A DNA stretch of 64,000 nucleotides from Bacillota bacterium (GTDB lineage: Bacteria; Bacillota; Dehalobacteriia; UBA4068; UBA4997): assembly GCA_021769035.1 (NCBI GenBank), contig JAETTP010000003.1, positions 3,010 through 67,009 of the forward strand. Direction: 5' to 3'. Each line of letters starts with the position of its first letter. The first letter of the stretch is position 1. The position numbers and the translations under genes were made by a program. Shown in pieces: positions 46,107-55,352 of the stretch. Under the pieces are notes generated by a model that searched no databases, was not told the DNA's origin, and worked only from the letters and a program-made list of their open reading frames with translations.

Positions 46107-46928
46107 TTACCTCGTCTGATTGATAATTTCCTCAATCGTCACCACCCGCAGGCCAAAATTTTTGGCCCGCGCCGTTTGCTCCGCCAGCTGATAGGCCAAA
46201 TTGGCGGCGGAATGAGCGTCGCTGTTCACTATCACCCAGGCCTTTTCCTGCCGCAGGATTTCCCAAAGCCAGTAGTCCGGATAAGGCCGCTGCAAGTAAC
46301 CGCGGCACATCGCCCCGGTGTTAATTTCAAAAACAACTTTATTATTCCGACAATGTCGCCGCAAAACCGCGGCGGCTATTTTTTTATACTCAACGCTGCT
46401 TTCGTCAAAAAAACGACCGCCGGCATTATATTTACAGAGCAAATCAAAATGGCCGGCAATCTGCACCGGCCGGGCGGCCAGCATTTCATCAAACGCCGTA
46501 AAATAGGCCTGCACATAGGCCTGCGCGCCGCCAAAATCAGCAATCGCCGCCTGCGTATCCGCCGGGGCCGCGTCAATCGGCCAAACCCGGCCGGTCGGCC
46601 CCAGCAAATTGTGCACGCTGCCAATCAGATAATCAAATTTGCCGGGCTCCGGCAGCTCGCTTAAGGAATCCAGCTCCAGCCCCAGGTAAATCGCCAGTCG
46701 CCCGCGATACTCTTCCCGTAGCGCCAAAACCTCCCGGCAATACTGCGCCAACGCCACCGGAGCCATGCCGTAGCCGTCGGCCGGGCAAAAGCTATGCCCG
46801 GAAAAGCCCAGCGACTTAAAGCCCAACTGCCAGGCGGCTTGGGCCATCTCCGCCGGGGTGCTGCTGCCATCGCAAAGCGTTGTGTGCGTGTGGGCGTTGC
46901 TGCAAACCGCCTCCAACTCCGCCGCCAT
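46107..46928 (-). CDS. hisJ: histidinol-phosphatase, PHP (HisJ) family
   Basis: Start at ATG 46928 (MAAELEAVCSNAHTHTTLCDG), sharing one base with the hisIE stop codon. PHP metal-binding His motifs are present. Confidence 0.85.
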   Translation of the reverse strand: MAAELEAVCSNAHTHTTLCDGSSTPAEMAQAAWQLGFKSLGFSGHSFCPADGYGMAPVALAQYCREVLALREEYRGRLAIYLGLELDSLSELPEPGKFDYLIGSVHNLLGPTGRVWPIDAAPADTQAAIADFGGAQAYVQAYFTAFDEMLAARPVQIAGHFDLLCKYNAGGRFFDESSVEYKKIAAAVLRRHCRNNKVVFEINTGAMCRGYLQRPYPDYWLWEILRQEKAWVIVNSDAHSAANLAYQLAEQTARAKNFGLRVVTIEEIINQTR

Positions 46929-47563
46929 CAGCACATCTTCTCCTGCTTCACTTTGTGGTCGATAATATGCCGGCGGTCCAGCTCCGCCACAATTTCCGCC
47001 GGAGAAATGCCCAGCTGCACCAGCAGCACCAGCACGTGATAGCACAAATCCGCCACCTCGTAGACGGTTTCCGCCCGGTCCTCCGCTTTAGCCGCGATGA
47101 TAACCTCCGTGGCCTCCTCGCCCACCTTTTTCAAAATCTTATCCAAACCCTTGGCGAACAAATACGAGGTGTAGCTGCCCTCCTGCGGCTGCTGTTGCCG
47201 CCCTTGCAGCAAGCCATAAAGCCCGCTCAGGCCCAGGCTTTGCACCGCCTCGTCCACAAACAAGCCGTTAAAAAAGCAGCTTTCCCGCCCGGTGTGGCAG
47301 GCCGGGCCCTCCTTGCTCACCTGCACCAGCAAAGCGTCCTCGTCACAATCAGCGGTTATACTCACAATATGCTGCACATTGCCACTTTCCTCGCCCTTGC
47401 GCCACAGCTGCCGCCGGCTGCGCGACCAAAAACAGCAACGTCGCTCCGCCAGGCTGATAGCCAAGCTTTCCTCATTCATATACGCCAGCGTCAGCACCTG
47501 CTTGGTGTAAAAATCCTGCACAATCGCCGGTATCAAACCATTTTCATCAAACCTCAAAGCCAT
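46928..47563 (-). CDS. hisIE: bifunctional phosphoribosyl-AMP cyclohydrolase / phosphoribosyl-ATP diphosphatase
   Basis: 211 aa with a HisI part (GLIPAIVQD...W.KGE.SG) and a HisE part (YT..L...G.DKILKK.GEE..E). Confidence 0.9.
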   Translation of the reverse strand: MALRFDENGLIPAIVQDFYTKQVLTLAYMNEESLAISLAERRCCFWSRSRRQLWRKGEESGNVQHIVSITADCDEDALLVQVSKEGPACHTGRESCFFNGLFVDEAVQSLGLSGLYGLLQGRQQQPQEGSYTSYLFAKGLDKILKKVGEEATEVIIAAKAEDRAETVYEVADLCYHVLVLLVQLGISPAEIVAELDRRHIIDHKVKQEKMC

Positions 47564-47602
47564 AAAATATTTTACCTCCCCATATATAAAACCAGCCGCC
47601 GT

Positions 47603-48043
47603 TTAACCGACATAACGCCTAATCATTTGCACATATTTGTAATATTCCGCGCAATCCTCCTCTTCTGCCGCCAAAAAGTAGGCCATCAACAGGCTGCCCG
47701 GCGCGCAAATGCCAAAGCCCACCATCGCCCGGCCGTCCCGCGCAAAACCGCGATAAGCTAGCGTGGCAAAGCCCGGCGGATACCAAGCCGCCAGCCCGGC
47801 CGGACGCATACCCATCTGCTCGCAGGCCGTACAGAAAAAGAACTGCAAAGTATCCGCGTCCGGCGCCATATCCGTACGCATATCGTGAAAGGCGCAGGAG
47901 GACAGGCACAGCATTACCCGACCAAAAGGCTCTTCGTAAATATACTGCGGCGGCTGCATTGCCACGTCCACCACAAAAGGCCAATTTGCTGGCAGAGTGA
48001 CGCTCCAGCCAGCTATATCATAAACCATATTTTCGTCCGACAC
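47603..48043 (-). CDS. hypothetical protein embedded in the his operon
   Basis: ORF 47603..48052. The probable start is GTG 48043, 8 nt after GGGAGG. The protein is Cys- and aromatic-rich with no motif I recognise. Same strand, 21-nt and 39-nt gaps to hisF and hisIE. Confidence 0.55.
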   Translation of the reverse strand: MSDENMVYDIAGWSVTLPANWPFVVDVAMQPPQYIYEEPFGRVMLCLSSCAFHDMRTDMAPDADTLQFFFCTACEQMGMRPAGLAAWYPPGFATLAYRGFARDGRAMVGFGICAPGSLLMAYFLAAEEEDCAEYYKYVQMIRRYVG

Positions 48044-48064
48044 CGTCCGCACCTCCCGCTTAGT

Positions 48065-48820
48065 CTAAAGCCGCATTTCCAGGCCGGCGGCCCGTAGACG
48101 ACGCTTCAAATCGCCAATTTCCACCTGGCGATGATGAAAGATAGAGGCCGCCAGACCAGCGTCAATGCCGGGGTGCTGAAAAAGCTCCACAAAATCCTCC
48201 GCCCGGCCTGCGCCGCCGCTGGCAATAATTGGCACCTGCACCCGAGCCGCCATCGCGTCCAGCATTGGCAGGTCAAATCCCTGCTTGACTCCGTCGGTGT
48301 CAATGCTGTTCACCACCAGCTCGCCCGCGCCGCTTTGCACGCCAAACTCGGCCCATTCCAGCGCGTCTAGGCCGGTATCCTCCCGGCCGCCCTTGGCAAA
48401 AATATGCAGCCGCCCGTCCACCCGCTTCACATCCATACTCAAAACCACGCACTGGTTACCGTATCTCTGGGCCGCCTCCGCAATCAGGCCGGGGTTGGCA
48501 ATCGCGCCGCTGTTCACGCTCACCTTGTCCGCGCCGCATTTCAAAACCCGGTCAAAATCGGCCAGGCTGCGAATACCGCCGCCCACTGTCAGGGGAATGA
48601 AAATCTCCGCCGCCACCCGCTGCAAAATATCCACAAACATAGAGCGGCCCTCGGCGCTGGCCGTTATATCGTAAAACACCAGCTCGTCAGCGCCAGCCTC
48701 GTTGTAAAAGCGGGCCAGCTCCACCGGATCTGCCACGTCCTGCAAACCCTGAAAATTCAGGCCCTTAACCACCCGGCCGTCGCGCACGTCCAGGCAAGGA
48801 ATCAGCCTTTTGGTAATCAT
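48065..48820 (-). CDS. hisF: imidazole glycerol phosphate synthase cyclase subunit
   Basis: Start at ATG 48820 (MITKRLIPCLDV), with an ATGA overlap with hisA. Canonical HisF motifs are present. Confidence 0.92.
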   Translation of the reverse strand: MITKRLIPCLDVRDGRVVKGLNFQGLQDVADPVELARFYNEAGADELVFYDITASAEGRSMFVDILQRVAAEIFIPLTVGGGIRSLADFDRVLKCGADKVSVNSGAIANPGLIAEAAQRYGNQCVVLSMDVKRVDGRLHIFAKGGREDTGLDALEWAEFGVQSGAGELVVNSIDTDGVKQGFDLPMLDAMAARVQVPIIASGGAGRAEDFVELFQHPGIDAGLAASIFHHRQVEIGDLKRRLRAAGLEMRL

Positions 48821-49545
48821 GGCCGCCCTCCCCTCGCCGCCTGCGCCAGGCAATCCGGCAGGCTCAGCCGTCCGGAATAAAGCGCCTTACCGATAATCAC
48901 ACCGGCCACGCCAATCTCAGCCAAGGCCGGCAGCTCGTCGGCAAAGCTGACCCCGCCGCTGGCTACCACCTGCAAGCCCTCAATCTGGGCCAGCTCCCGA
49001 TACAGCTGCAAATTGGCGCCGCCTAGAACGCCGTCCTTATCAATATCCGTCACAATCACTGTCCGCACACCGGCCTCCAGGCAGCGGCGGCAAAAATCCG
49101 GCGCTAAAAGCTCCGTTTCCTCCAGCCAGCCGGCCACCGCCACCCGGCCGCCGCGCGCGTCAATGCCCACCACAATCTGCTCCGGATATTTGGCGGCCAT
49201 TCTTTGCACAAAGGCAAAATCGCGCACCGCCACCGTGCCCAAAATCACCCGCCAAACGCCCAGCTCCAGATACTTCTGAATCCGCTCCTCTGTGCGAATT
49301 CCGCCGCCAACCTCCACACGCAGGCCGCAGCTGCGCACAATTTCCGCCACTGCCGCAAAATTAGTAAGCCGGCCGTCCTTGGCGCCGTCTAAATCGACCA
49401 CGTGCAGATAGCGCGCCCCTTGGCGTTCAAAATCCTGGGCCACCGCGGCCGGATTATCGCTATAAACCGCCATCTGATTATAATCGCCCTTAGTCAGGCG
49501 CACCACCCGGCCGCCGGATAAATCAATCGCCGGAAAAATCTCCAT
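48817..49545 (-). CDS. hisA: ProFAR isomerase
   Basis: 242 aa, MEIFPAIDL.GG..VRL..GD motif. Confidence 0.92.
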   Translation of the reverse strand: MEIFPAIDLSGGRVVRLTKGDYNQMAVYSDNPAAVAQDFERQGARYLHVVDLDGAKDGRLTNFAAVAEIVRSCGLRVEVGGGIRTEERIQKYLELGVWRVILGTVAVRDFAFVQRMAAKYPEQIVVGIDARGGRVAVAGWLEETELLAPDFCRRCLEAGVRTVIVTDIDKDGVLGGANLQLYRELAQIEGLQVVASGGVSFADELPALAEIGVAGVIIGKALYSGRLSLPDCLAQAARGGRP

Positions 49546-49580
49546 AAAATCCTCCTCAATGTTTGGCTCATCATCTCAAG

Positions 49581-50195
49581 CTAAATTTCCGCAAACGCTT
49601 TCAGCAGCCGCAGCCCGGCCGCGCCGCTTTTTTCCGGATGAAACTGCGTACCCCAAACGGAGCCGCGCCGCACCACGCCCGTCACTGGCAAGCCGTAATC
49701 GGAAACCGCCAAGGTATCGGCCGCGCAATTTTTGGCGTAGTAGCTGTGCACATAATATACGTATTCGCCATCTTTAAAATAGCGAAACAAAGGGTCGTCC
49801 CGCAAAATCCGCAGGCTGTTCCAGCCGATATGCGGCACCTTGAGCCCGGCCGGCGGCAAATCCGGCTGCAAAGCCTCCACCGTGCCGTCAATCAGGCCCA
49901 GCCCGGCGTGCTCGCCATATTCCAGGCTTTTAGTAAACAAAAGCTGCATACCCAGACAAATGCCCAGCAAGGGCTTGCCAGCCGCCGCCTGCTGGCGCAC
50001 CGCCTCAAACAGTCCGCTTTCCCGCAGCTTGGCCGCCGCGTCGCCAAACGCGCCCACGCCAGGCAAAATCAAACGGTCTGCCGCCTGCAAATCCGCCGCC
50101 GCAGCCGTCACCTTGGCCTCAACCCCCAGATAACGCAATGAACTGGCCAGCGAGAACAAATTGCCCACTCCGTAATCAATAATCGCCACGCTCAT
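49581..50195 (-). CDS. hisH: imidazole glycerol phosphate synthase glutamine amidotransferase subunit
   Basis: 204 aa with motifs IIDYG.GNL, GICLGMQ and HSY. Confidence 0.92.
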   Translation of the reverse strand: MSVAIIDYGVGNLFSLASSLRYLGVEAKVTAAAADLQAADRLILPGVGAFGDAAAKLRESGLFEAVRQQAAAGKPLLGICLGMQLLFTKSLEYGEHAGLGLIDGTVEALQPDLPPAGLKVPHIGWNSLRILRDDPLFRYFKDGEYVYYVHSYYAKNCAADTLAVSDYGLPVTGVVRRGSVWGTQFHPEKSGAAGLRLLKAFAEI

Positions 50196-50198
50196 TGG

Positions 50199-50783
50199 CT
50201 AAATCACCCCTTTGGTGGAGGGTATTTTGTCGAGATTTTGCTCGTCAAAACGCACCGCCTGGCGCAGGGCCCGCGCCGTCGCCTTGAACATCGCTTCGAT
50301 TATATGGTGGCAGTTATGCCCGGCCAACAGGCGCAGGTGCAGGGTCAGCCCGGCGCTGCGGCACAAGGCCTGCATAAACTCCTCGGCCAGCTCCGTATCA
50401 AAATCGCCCACCTTGGCCGCCGGCATAGGCGCCTCGTAAACCAGATAGGCCCGACCGCTGACGTCCACCACAGCCAGCAGCAAAGCCTCGTCCATCGGCA
50501 GCAGCTGCTGCCCGTAACGGGCCACGCCGCGCATATCACCCAAGGCCTGGCGCAAAGCCTGCCCCAGCACAATGCCCACGTCCTCAACCGTGTGATGATA
50601 ATCCACCTCCACGTCGCCCGCGGCCTGCACCTGCAAGCCAAAGCCGCCGTGGGCGGCAAAAAGCTCCAGCATATGATTTAAAAAGCCGCAACCGGTGTCC
50701 ACCTGATAAGCGCCGCCGTCCAGATTTAAGGCCAGCTTAATCTGCGTTTCCCTGGTCTTACGCTCCACAATCGCTTCCCGCAT
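50199..50783 (-). CDS. hisB: imidazoleglycerol-phosphate dehydratase
   Basis: 194 aa with motifs RKTRET, DxHH..E and G.N.HH..E. Confidence 0.92.
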   Translation of the reverse strand: MREAIVERKTRETQIKLALNLDGGAYQVDTGCGFLNHMLELFAAHGGFGLQVQAAGDVEVDYHHTVEDVGIVLGQALRQALGDMRGVARYGQQLLPMDEALLLAVVDVSGRAYLVYEAPMPAAKVGDFDTELAEEFMQALCRSAGLTLHLRLLAGHNCHHIIEAMFKATARALRQAVRFDEQNLDKIPSTKGVI

Positions 50784-51865
50784 TAACGCACCTCCTGCAA
50801 AATTTCCGCCACTGCAGCCAAAAGCCGCTGCATATCCGCCTGCGTGCCAATGCTAATCCGCACAAAATCCCGAATACGCGGCTCGTCAAACCAGCGCACC
50901 AAAATATCACGCTGCTTCAGCTGCTGATAAAGCTGTTGGCCGTCCACCAGCTGGTGGCGGGCCAGCACGAAATTAGCCAGGCTGGGCAAAACCTGAAAGC
51001 CCAGGCCTTGCAAGCCCTTTGTCACCAACTGCCGGCTAGCCTTGATTTTTTGACAGCATTCTGCAAAGTAGGCCTCGTCCCGCACGGCCGCCGCCGCCAA
51101 GGCCTGGGAAATCCGGTTGAGATTGTAGGGATTAAAGGAAAATTTAATCGTATTCAAATCGGCAATCACCGCCGGCTGGCCCAGGGCAATGCCAACCCGC
51201 GCGCCGGCCAGAGAGCGGCTTTTGGATAGCGTCTGCACCACCAGCAGATTTTCATATTTGGGCAGCAAGGCCGCCGCACTCTTCCCACCAAAATCAACGT
51301 AGGCCTCGTCCACAATCACCATACTCTCCGTATGGACCTGCAATATCTGCTCCAACGCCGCCAGCGGCAGGTTTTTGCCAGTTATCGCATTTGGATTAGC
51401 CAAAACCACCGTTTCCGCTGCGTCCTCCAGATAATCCGCTGGCTGAATATTAAAATCAGCGTCCAGCGGAACCACCCGCGCTTCCACACCAAAAAGCGCC
51501 GCCCAAACACTATAGAATGCATAAGTGACGTCTGGAAAAGCCACGCGCCCACCCTTGCCATAAGCCAGAAAAGCAAAGGCCAAAACTTCGTCGGAGCCAT
51601 TACCCACAAAAACCTGCTCCTGCTGCAAATTGTAAAAATCCGCAACCGCCCGGCGCAAATCGCCGGCCTCCGGGTCGCTGTAAAGGCGCAGCTGACCGGC
51701 CGGGTGCTCAGCCAACTGCTGCAACAACTGACGCACCGCCGGCGCAGGCGGATAAGGGTTTTCATTGGTATTAAGCTTGATAACCGGCCTAGCACCCGGC
51801 TGGGGCTGCTCGCCCGGCGTGTAGGGCTCCAGCGCCGCAAACGCTTTGCTCAAAAATTTGCTCAT
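50783..51865 (-). CDS. hisC: histidinol-phosphate aminotransferase
   Basis: 360 aa class II aminotransferase (LNTNENP, TLSKS PLP-lysine). Confidence 0.9.
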   Translation of the reverse strand: MSKFLSKAFAALEPYTPGEQPQPGARPVIKLNTNENPYPPAPAVRQLLQQLAEHPAGQLRLYSDPEAGDLRRAVADFYNLQQEQVFVGNGSDEVLAFAFLAYGKGGRVAFPDVTYAFYSVWAALFGVEARVVPLDADFNIQPADYLEDAAETVVLANPNAITGKNLPLAALEQILQVHTESMVIVDEAYVDFGGKSAAALLPKYENLLVVQTLSKSRSLAGARVGIALGQPAVIADLNTIKFSFNPYNLNRISQALAAAAVRDEAYFAECCQKIKASRQLVTKGLQGLGFQVLPSLANFVLARHQLVDGQQLYQQLKQRDILVRWFDEPRIRDFVRISIGTQADMQRLLAAVAEILQEVR

Positions 51866-53148
51866 TTCGCCACCTCTTCAAAACGGATTGCTACACTGCG
51901 GGCGTGCGCCTGCAAGCCCTCGCGCTCGGCAAAATCCTCAATCCGGCCGGCCACCGCAGCCAACGCCGGCTTGGGATAGTAGATAAAGCTGCTTTTCTTC
52001 ACAAAATCATCAACAGAAAGCGGGCTGGAAAAACGCGCCGTGCCGCTGGTGGGCAGGGTGTGGTTGGGCCCGGCCCAGTAATCGCCCAAGGCCTCCGGCA
52101 CATTTTTGCCCAAAAAGATGGAACCGGCGTTGCGGATACTATCCAGCAGAGCAAACGGCTCGTCCACGCAAACCTCCAAATGCTCCGGCGCAATGATATT
52201 AGCCGCCGCCACGGCCGCCGCCAAATCCGCCGCGATAATAATTTTACCATTGTTTTCAATGCTGGCGCGAGCAATCTCCTGCCGCGGCAGCAGGGCCAGT
52301 TGACGCTCCAGCTCCGCGCTCACCGCGTCGGCCAACGCTTGGCTGGTGGTTATCAGCACCGCCGTAGCCAATTTGTCGTGCTCCGCCTGGCTCAGCATAT
52401 CCGCCGCCACAAAAGCCGGATTGCAGCTGCCGTCCGCCAGCACCAAAATCTCGCTGGGCCCGGCAATCATATCAATATCCACCAAGCCGAAAACCTTGCG
52501 TTTGGCCGTGGCGACAAAAATATTCCCCGGCCCCACAATTTTGTCCACCTTAGGCACGCTTTCCGTGCCGTAAGCCAGGGCGGCAATGGCCTGCGCCCCG
52601 CCGACCTTAAAAATCTTGTCCACCCCGGCCACCTTGGCCGCCGCCAAAATCGGCGCAGCAATCTTGCCCTCTGCATTGGGCGGCGTGGTCATCACAATTT
52701 CCGAAACCCCGGCCAGCTTGGCCGGCACCGCATTCATCAGCACGCTGCTGGGATAACTGGCCGTGCCGCCCGGCACGTAAAGACCTGCCCGCTCCACCGC
52801 GGTATACTTCTGCCCCAGCACAATGCCGCCCTCCTCGGTCAGCACAAAATTTTTCGGCACCTGCTGGCTGTGAAAACGCCTGATATTATTCCGCGCCAGC
52901 TCCAGTGTACGGATAAAATCTGCGTCCAAGCTGGCCACCGCCTCGGCAATTTCCGCCTCGCTCACCTGCAAAGCCGTAAGCTGGGCCTTATCAAACCGCT
53001 GCTCGTATTCCAGCAAAGCGGCGTCGCCCTCCACCCGCACCTTAGCCATAATGTCATCAACCACGGCCTCCACATCACGCTCCTCGCGAATGTCCCGATT
53101 TAAAATATCCTGCACGGCAATTTCTGCCAACTTGTACTGCTTAATCAT
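51862..53148 (-). CDS. hisD: histidinol dehydrogenase
   Basis: 428 aa with motifs AGPSE and QAEHD. Confidence 0.92.
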   Translation of the reverse strand: MIKQYKLAEIAVQDILNRDIREERDVEAVVDDIMAKVRVEGDAALLEYEQRFDKAQLTALQVSEAEIAEAVASLDADFIRTLELARNNIRRFHSQQVPKNFVLTEEGGIVLGQKYTAVERAGLYVPGGTASYPSSVLMNAVPAKLAGVSEIVMTTPPNAEGKIAAPILAAAKVAGVDKIFKVGGAQAIAALAYGTESVPKVDKIVGPGNIFVATAKRKVFGLVDIDMIAGPSEILVLADGSCNPAFVAADMLSQAEHDKLATAVLITTSQALADAVSAELERQLALLPRQEIARASIENNGKIIIAADLAAAVAAANIIAPEHLEVCVDEPFALLDSIRNAGSIFLGKNVPEALGDYWAGPNHTLPTSGTARFSSPLSVDDFVKKSSFIYYPKPALAAVAGRIEDFAEREGLQAHARSVAIRFEEVAK

Positions 53149-53163
53149 TATCTATCCTCCATT

Positions 53164-53796
53164 TTAATTATTTTTCAGTATTATTTTAGCTGACAATTTA
53201 TCTAGCATTGTAGCAATTTCAGACTCTTTAAATTTATAAGCCGCCTTGTTCGCGATAAAACGCGCACTAATCGGCACAATTTCCGTTAAAACCTGCAAAT
53301 TATTTTCCTGCAAGGTTTTGCCGCTTTCTACAATATCAACAATCACATCGGAAAGCCCCAAAATCGGGGCCAACTCAATACTGCCGTTCAGTTTGATAAT
53401 CTCAATTTCCCGGTTAATTGAGGCATAATAGCCTTTGGCAATATTGACAAATTTGGTGGCCACGCGCAGGCGGCGCTCCGGCTCCTCGCGATAACCCTGC
53501 GGCCCGGCCACGCAAACCCGGCAGCGGCCCAGCCCCAAATCCAACAGTTCATAAACATCAGCGCCGCTTTCCAGCAAAATATCCTTGCCGACAATGCCCA
53601 CGTCCGCCGCGCCGTGCTCCACATAAATCGCCACATCGCTGGGCTTAACCAAAAAGTAGCGCACGCCGGTTTCCGCATTTTTAAACACCAGCTGCCGGTT
53701 ATCCAAATAAATATCCCGGCAAGCATAGCCCACGCTGTCCAACAGCTCATAAACCTGATCGCCTAAACGCCCTTTGGGTAAAGCTATATTCAACAT
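53164..53796 (-). CDS. hisG: ATP phosphoribosyltransferase, short form
   Basis: 210 aa short HisG. It overlaps the hisZ stop, consistent with a HisZ-dependent enzyme. Confidence 0.9.
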   Translation of the reverse strand: MLNIALPKGRLGDQVYELLDSVGYACRDIYLDNRQLVFKNAETGVRYFLVKPSDVAIYVEHGAADVGIVGKDILLESGADVYELLDLGLGRCRVCVAGPQGYREEPERRLRVATKFVNIAKGYYASINREIEIIKLNGSIELAPILGLSDVIVDIVESGKTLQENNLQVLTEIVPISARFIANKAAYKFKESEIATMLDKLSAKIILKNN

Positions 53797-54905
53797 TCTA
53801 GCAGCCCCTCCTTTTCGCTGTAGCGCAAATGCCGGCGAGGGCGCAATCCCGGCGGCAGGCTGGTAGCCACTCGCACGCTTTCGCCCTGCTCTGTCAGGCT
53901 GCGCGCTACGGCCAACAGTCCTGCGGCCTCAGCCTGCGGCGAGGGCTCCAACCAAACGTCCACATCATATTCCCGCGGCGGCAATGGCAAACGCTCCAGC
54001 TCGTCCAGATAAATGGCAAAGCCAATGGCCCCCAAATCATGCCCAAACTTATACATCATGCTGTCGTAGCGCCCGCCGGAAAGCACCGGCCGCGGCAAGC
54101 CGGCCAAATAGCCGTTCAGCAAAATCCCGTCGTAAAACTCCGTCGCGTTCAGCAGGCTAAAATCCAAACGCAGGTGCTGCCGTTCCTCCTCATTCAAGGA
54201 CTGGTAAACACTGCTTAGCTCCTGCAAGGCCTGTTGCATTTTTTTACCGCTGCAAATTTGCTCCGCCCGCTGCAACACCTGCGGCACCGGACCGCTCAAT
54301 TCCGCCAAGCACAGCAAACGCTGCTGGTCGGCGCCAGATAAACCAATCTCCTGCATAACCGCCCGCAGGCGGTGGGGACTTTTGACCGCCAAGCAGTCAA
54401 TAACCTCCTCGCGCTCCATCGGTAGCAACTCCAAACGCTCCAGCAAACCCAACACAAACCCCATATGTCCCAGCTCCAAAATGTAATCCGCGCCGTCCGC
54501 ACAGGCCTGCAAGGATTGTTGAGCCAAAAAAACCGTTTCCGCCAGAGCATAATCATCAATTTTGCCCATCAGCTCCAAACCCATCTGATTGATTTCCTTA
54601 AAGGTGTTGCTTTCCTTGCTCTCACGGTAAACCTTTTCAATATAGTATGCTTTGGCTGTTTCGTTATCGTGCGCATTTTTAATAATGCTCAAGGTCACGT
54701 CTGGCCGCATTGCCAACAGCCGTCCGTCTAAATCGGTAAAACTCAAAATTTTCTCACCAGATAAAAAACTCTTATATTGTAAATACAAACTGTATTCCTC
54801 AAAATTGCTCACCTTATATTTGCGATAGCCATAAAGCTCATATAAGCGACGCAACATCAGCATAGCCTTGTCCTCCGGTCGTCGCATTGCAAAATCCAAA
54901 TCCAT
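53790..54905 (-). CDS. hisZ: ATP phosphoribosyltransferase regulatory subunit
   Basis: HisRS-like paralog directly upstream of short hisG. I prefer ATG 54905 (SD AAGAGG 6 nt upstream) over the ORF-track start at 54938, which has no SD. Confidence 0.85.
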   Translation of the reverse strand: MDLDFAMRRPEDKAMLMLRRLYELYGYRKYKVSNFEEYSLYLQYKSFLSGEKILSFTDLDGRLLAMRPDVTLSIIKNAHDNETAKAYYIEKVYRESKESNTFKEINQMGLELMGKIDDYALAETVFLAQQSLQACADGADYILELGHMGFVLGLLERLELLPMEREEVIDCLAVKSPHRLRAVMQEIGLSGADQQRLLCLAELSGPVPQVLQRAEQICSGKKMQQALQELSSVYQSLNEEERQHLRLDFSLLNATEFYDGILLNGYLAGLPRPVLSGGRYDSMMYKFGHDLGAIGFAIYLDELERLPLPPREYDVDVWLEPSPQAEAAGLLAVARSLTEQGESVRVATSLPPGLRPRRHLRYSEKEGLLEC

Positions 54906-55026
54906 TTTCAACCTCTTTTCTTTGTCATTAATATCCATTAATAATTATATACTAAAATTTTAACTCGCACAACTATAAACAGCAAAAACAAACTTTTTTC
55001 TTTACCACGCTAAACTAACAAAGTAA

Positions 55027-55055
55027 ATTATAGCACATTACTATGAAAAAAGCTA
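55027..55055 (-). promoter_or_regulatory. candidate his operon promoter (extended -10)
   Basis: The minus strand reads TGcTATAAT (plus 55027-55035). The -35 is poor (TAGCTT at 17 nt). Confidence 0.4.
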
Positions 55056-55100
55056 GAGCAAATACAAAATTTTTCAAAAAAATCCTGTTTAATATAGGTT

Positions 55101-55285
55101 TATCAACCAGTCGCCTCTCTAAAGAGTGCGCCTGGTTGATATTGGTTCACAAGCGGCTTCCACTCGCCCCCGGAGGGGACTCGGGACTAACTTTGTGTCG
55201 CTGTCTGCGTCCAGTAAAACTGGACTAGCCAATCGCCGATGTTCACACAATAACAAAGCCGCTTTCCAAACGGAGCGGCTTTGTT
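55101..55285 (+). other. GC-rich structured intergenic element (candidate sRNA or riboswitch-like element; family unassigned, strand tentative)
   Basis: A 17-bp interrupted hairpin spans 55101-55141. Smaller hairpins are CCCC-CGGA-GGGG (55167-55178) and GTCCAG-TAAAA-CTGGAC (55209-55225). A 12-bp A-tract/U-tract hairpin spans 55252-55285. AGCGGCTT at 55152-55159 duplicates the 3' arm of that hairpin, so it could compete for the 5' arm. No convincing ORF or SD is present. Confidence 0.35.
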
Positions 55286-55294
55286 AATTGTTCC

Positions 55295-55327
55295 TAAAAA
55301 TAAGCCGCCCCCAAAGGAGCGGCTTAT
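55295..55327 (-). terminator. rho-independent terminator of the mmd operon
   Basis: ATAAGCCGC / GCGGCTTAT stem followed by TTTTT on the minus strand, 26 nt after the mmdB stop. Confidence 0.85.
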
Positions 55328-55352
55328 CAAATTCTCAACTAAAGCACAATGA

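Noticed and set aside
55043-55228. A 61-aa plus-strand ORF (MKKARANTKFF...) covering the structured island between the his and mmd operons.
   Set aside because: It has no SD and an implausible composition after the first 20 residues. The region is better explained by stacked hairpins, that is, an RNA-level feature.
54939-55290. A His T-box leader for the his operon. The minus-strand GAGTGGAAGCCGC vaguely resembles the T-box GGGTGGTACCGCG.
   Set aside because: The match has an extra base and lacks the flanking conserved positions. The candidate terminator lies 5' of it on that strand, which is the wrong order. A promoter-like extended -10 sits downstream of the element. The 40-nt spacer before trpS likewise excludes a Trp T-box.
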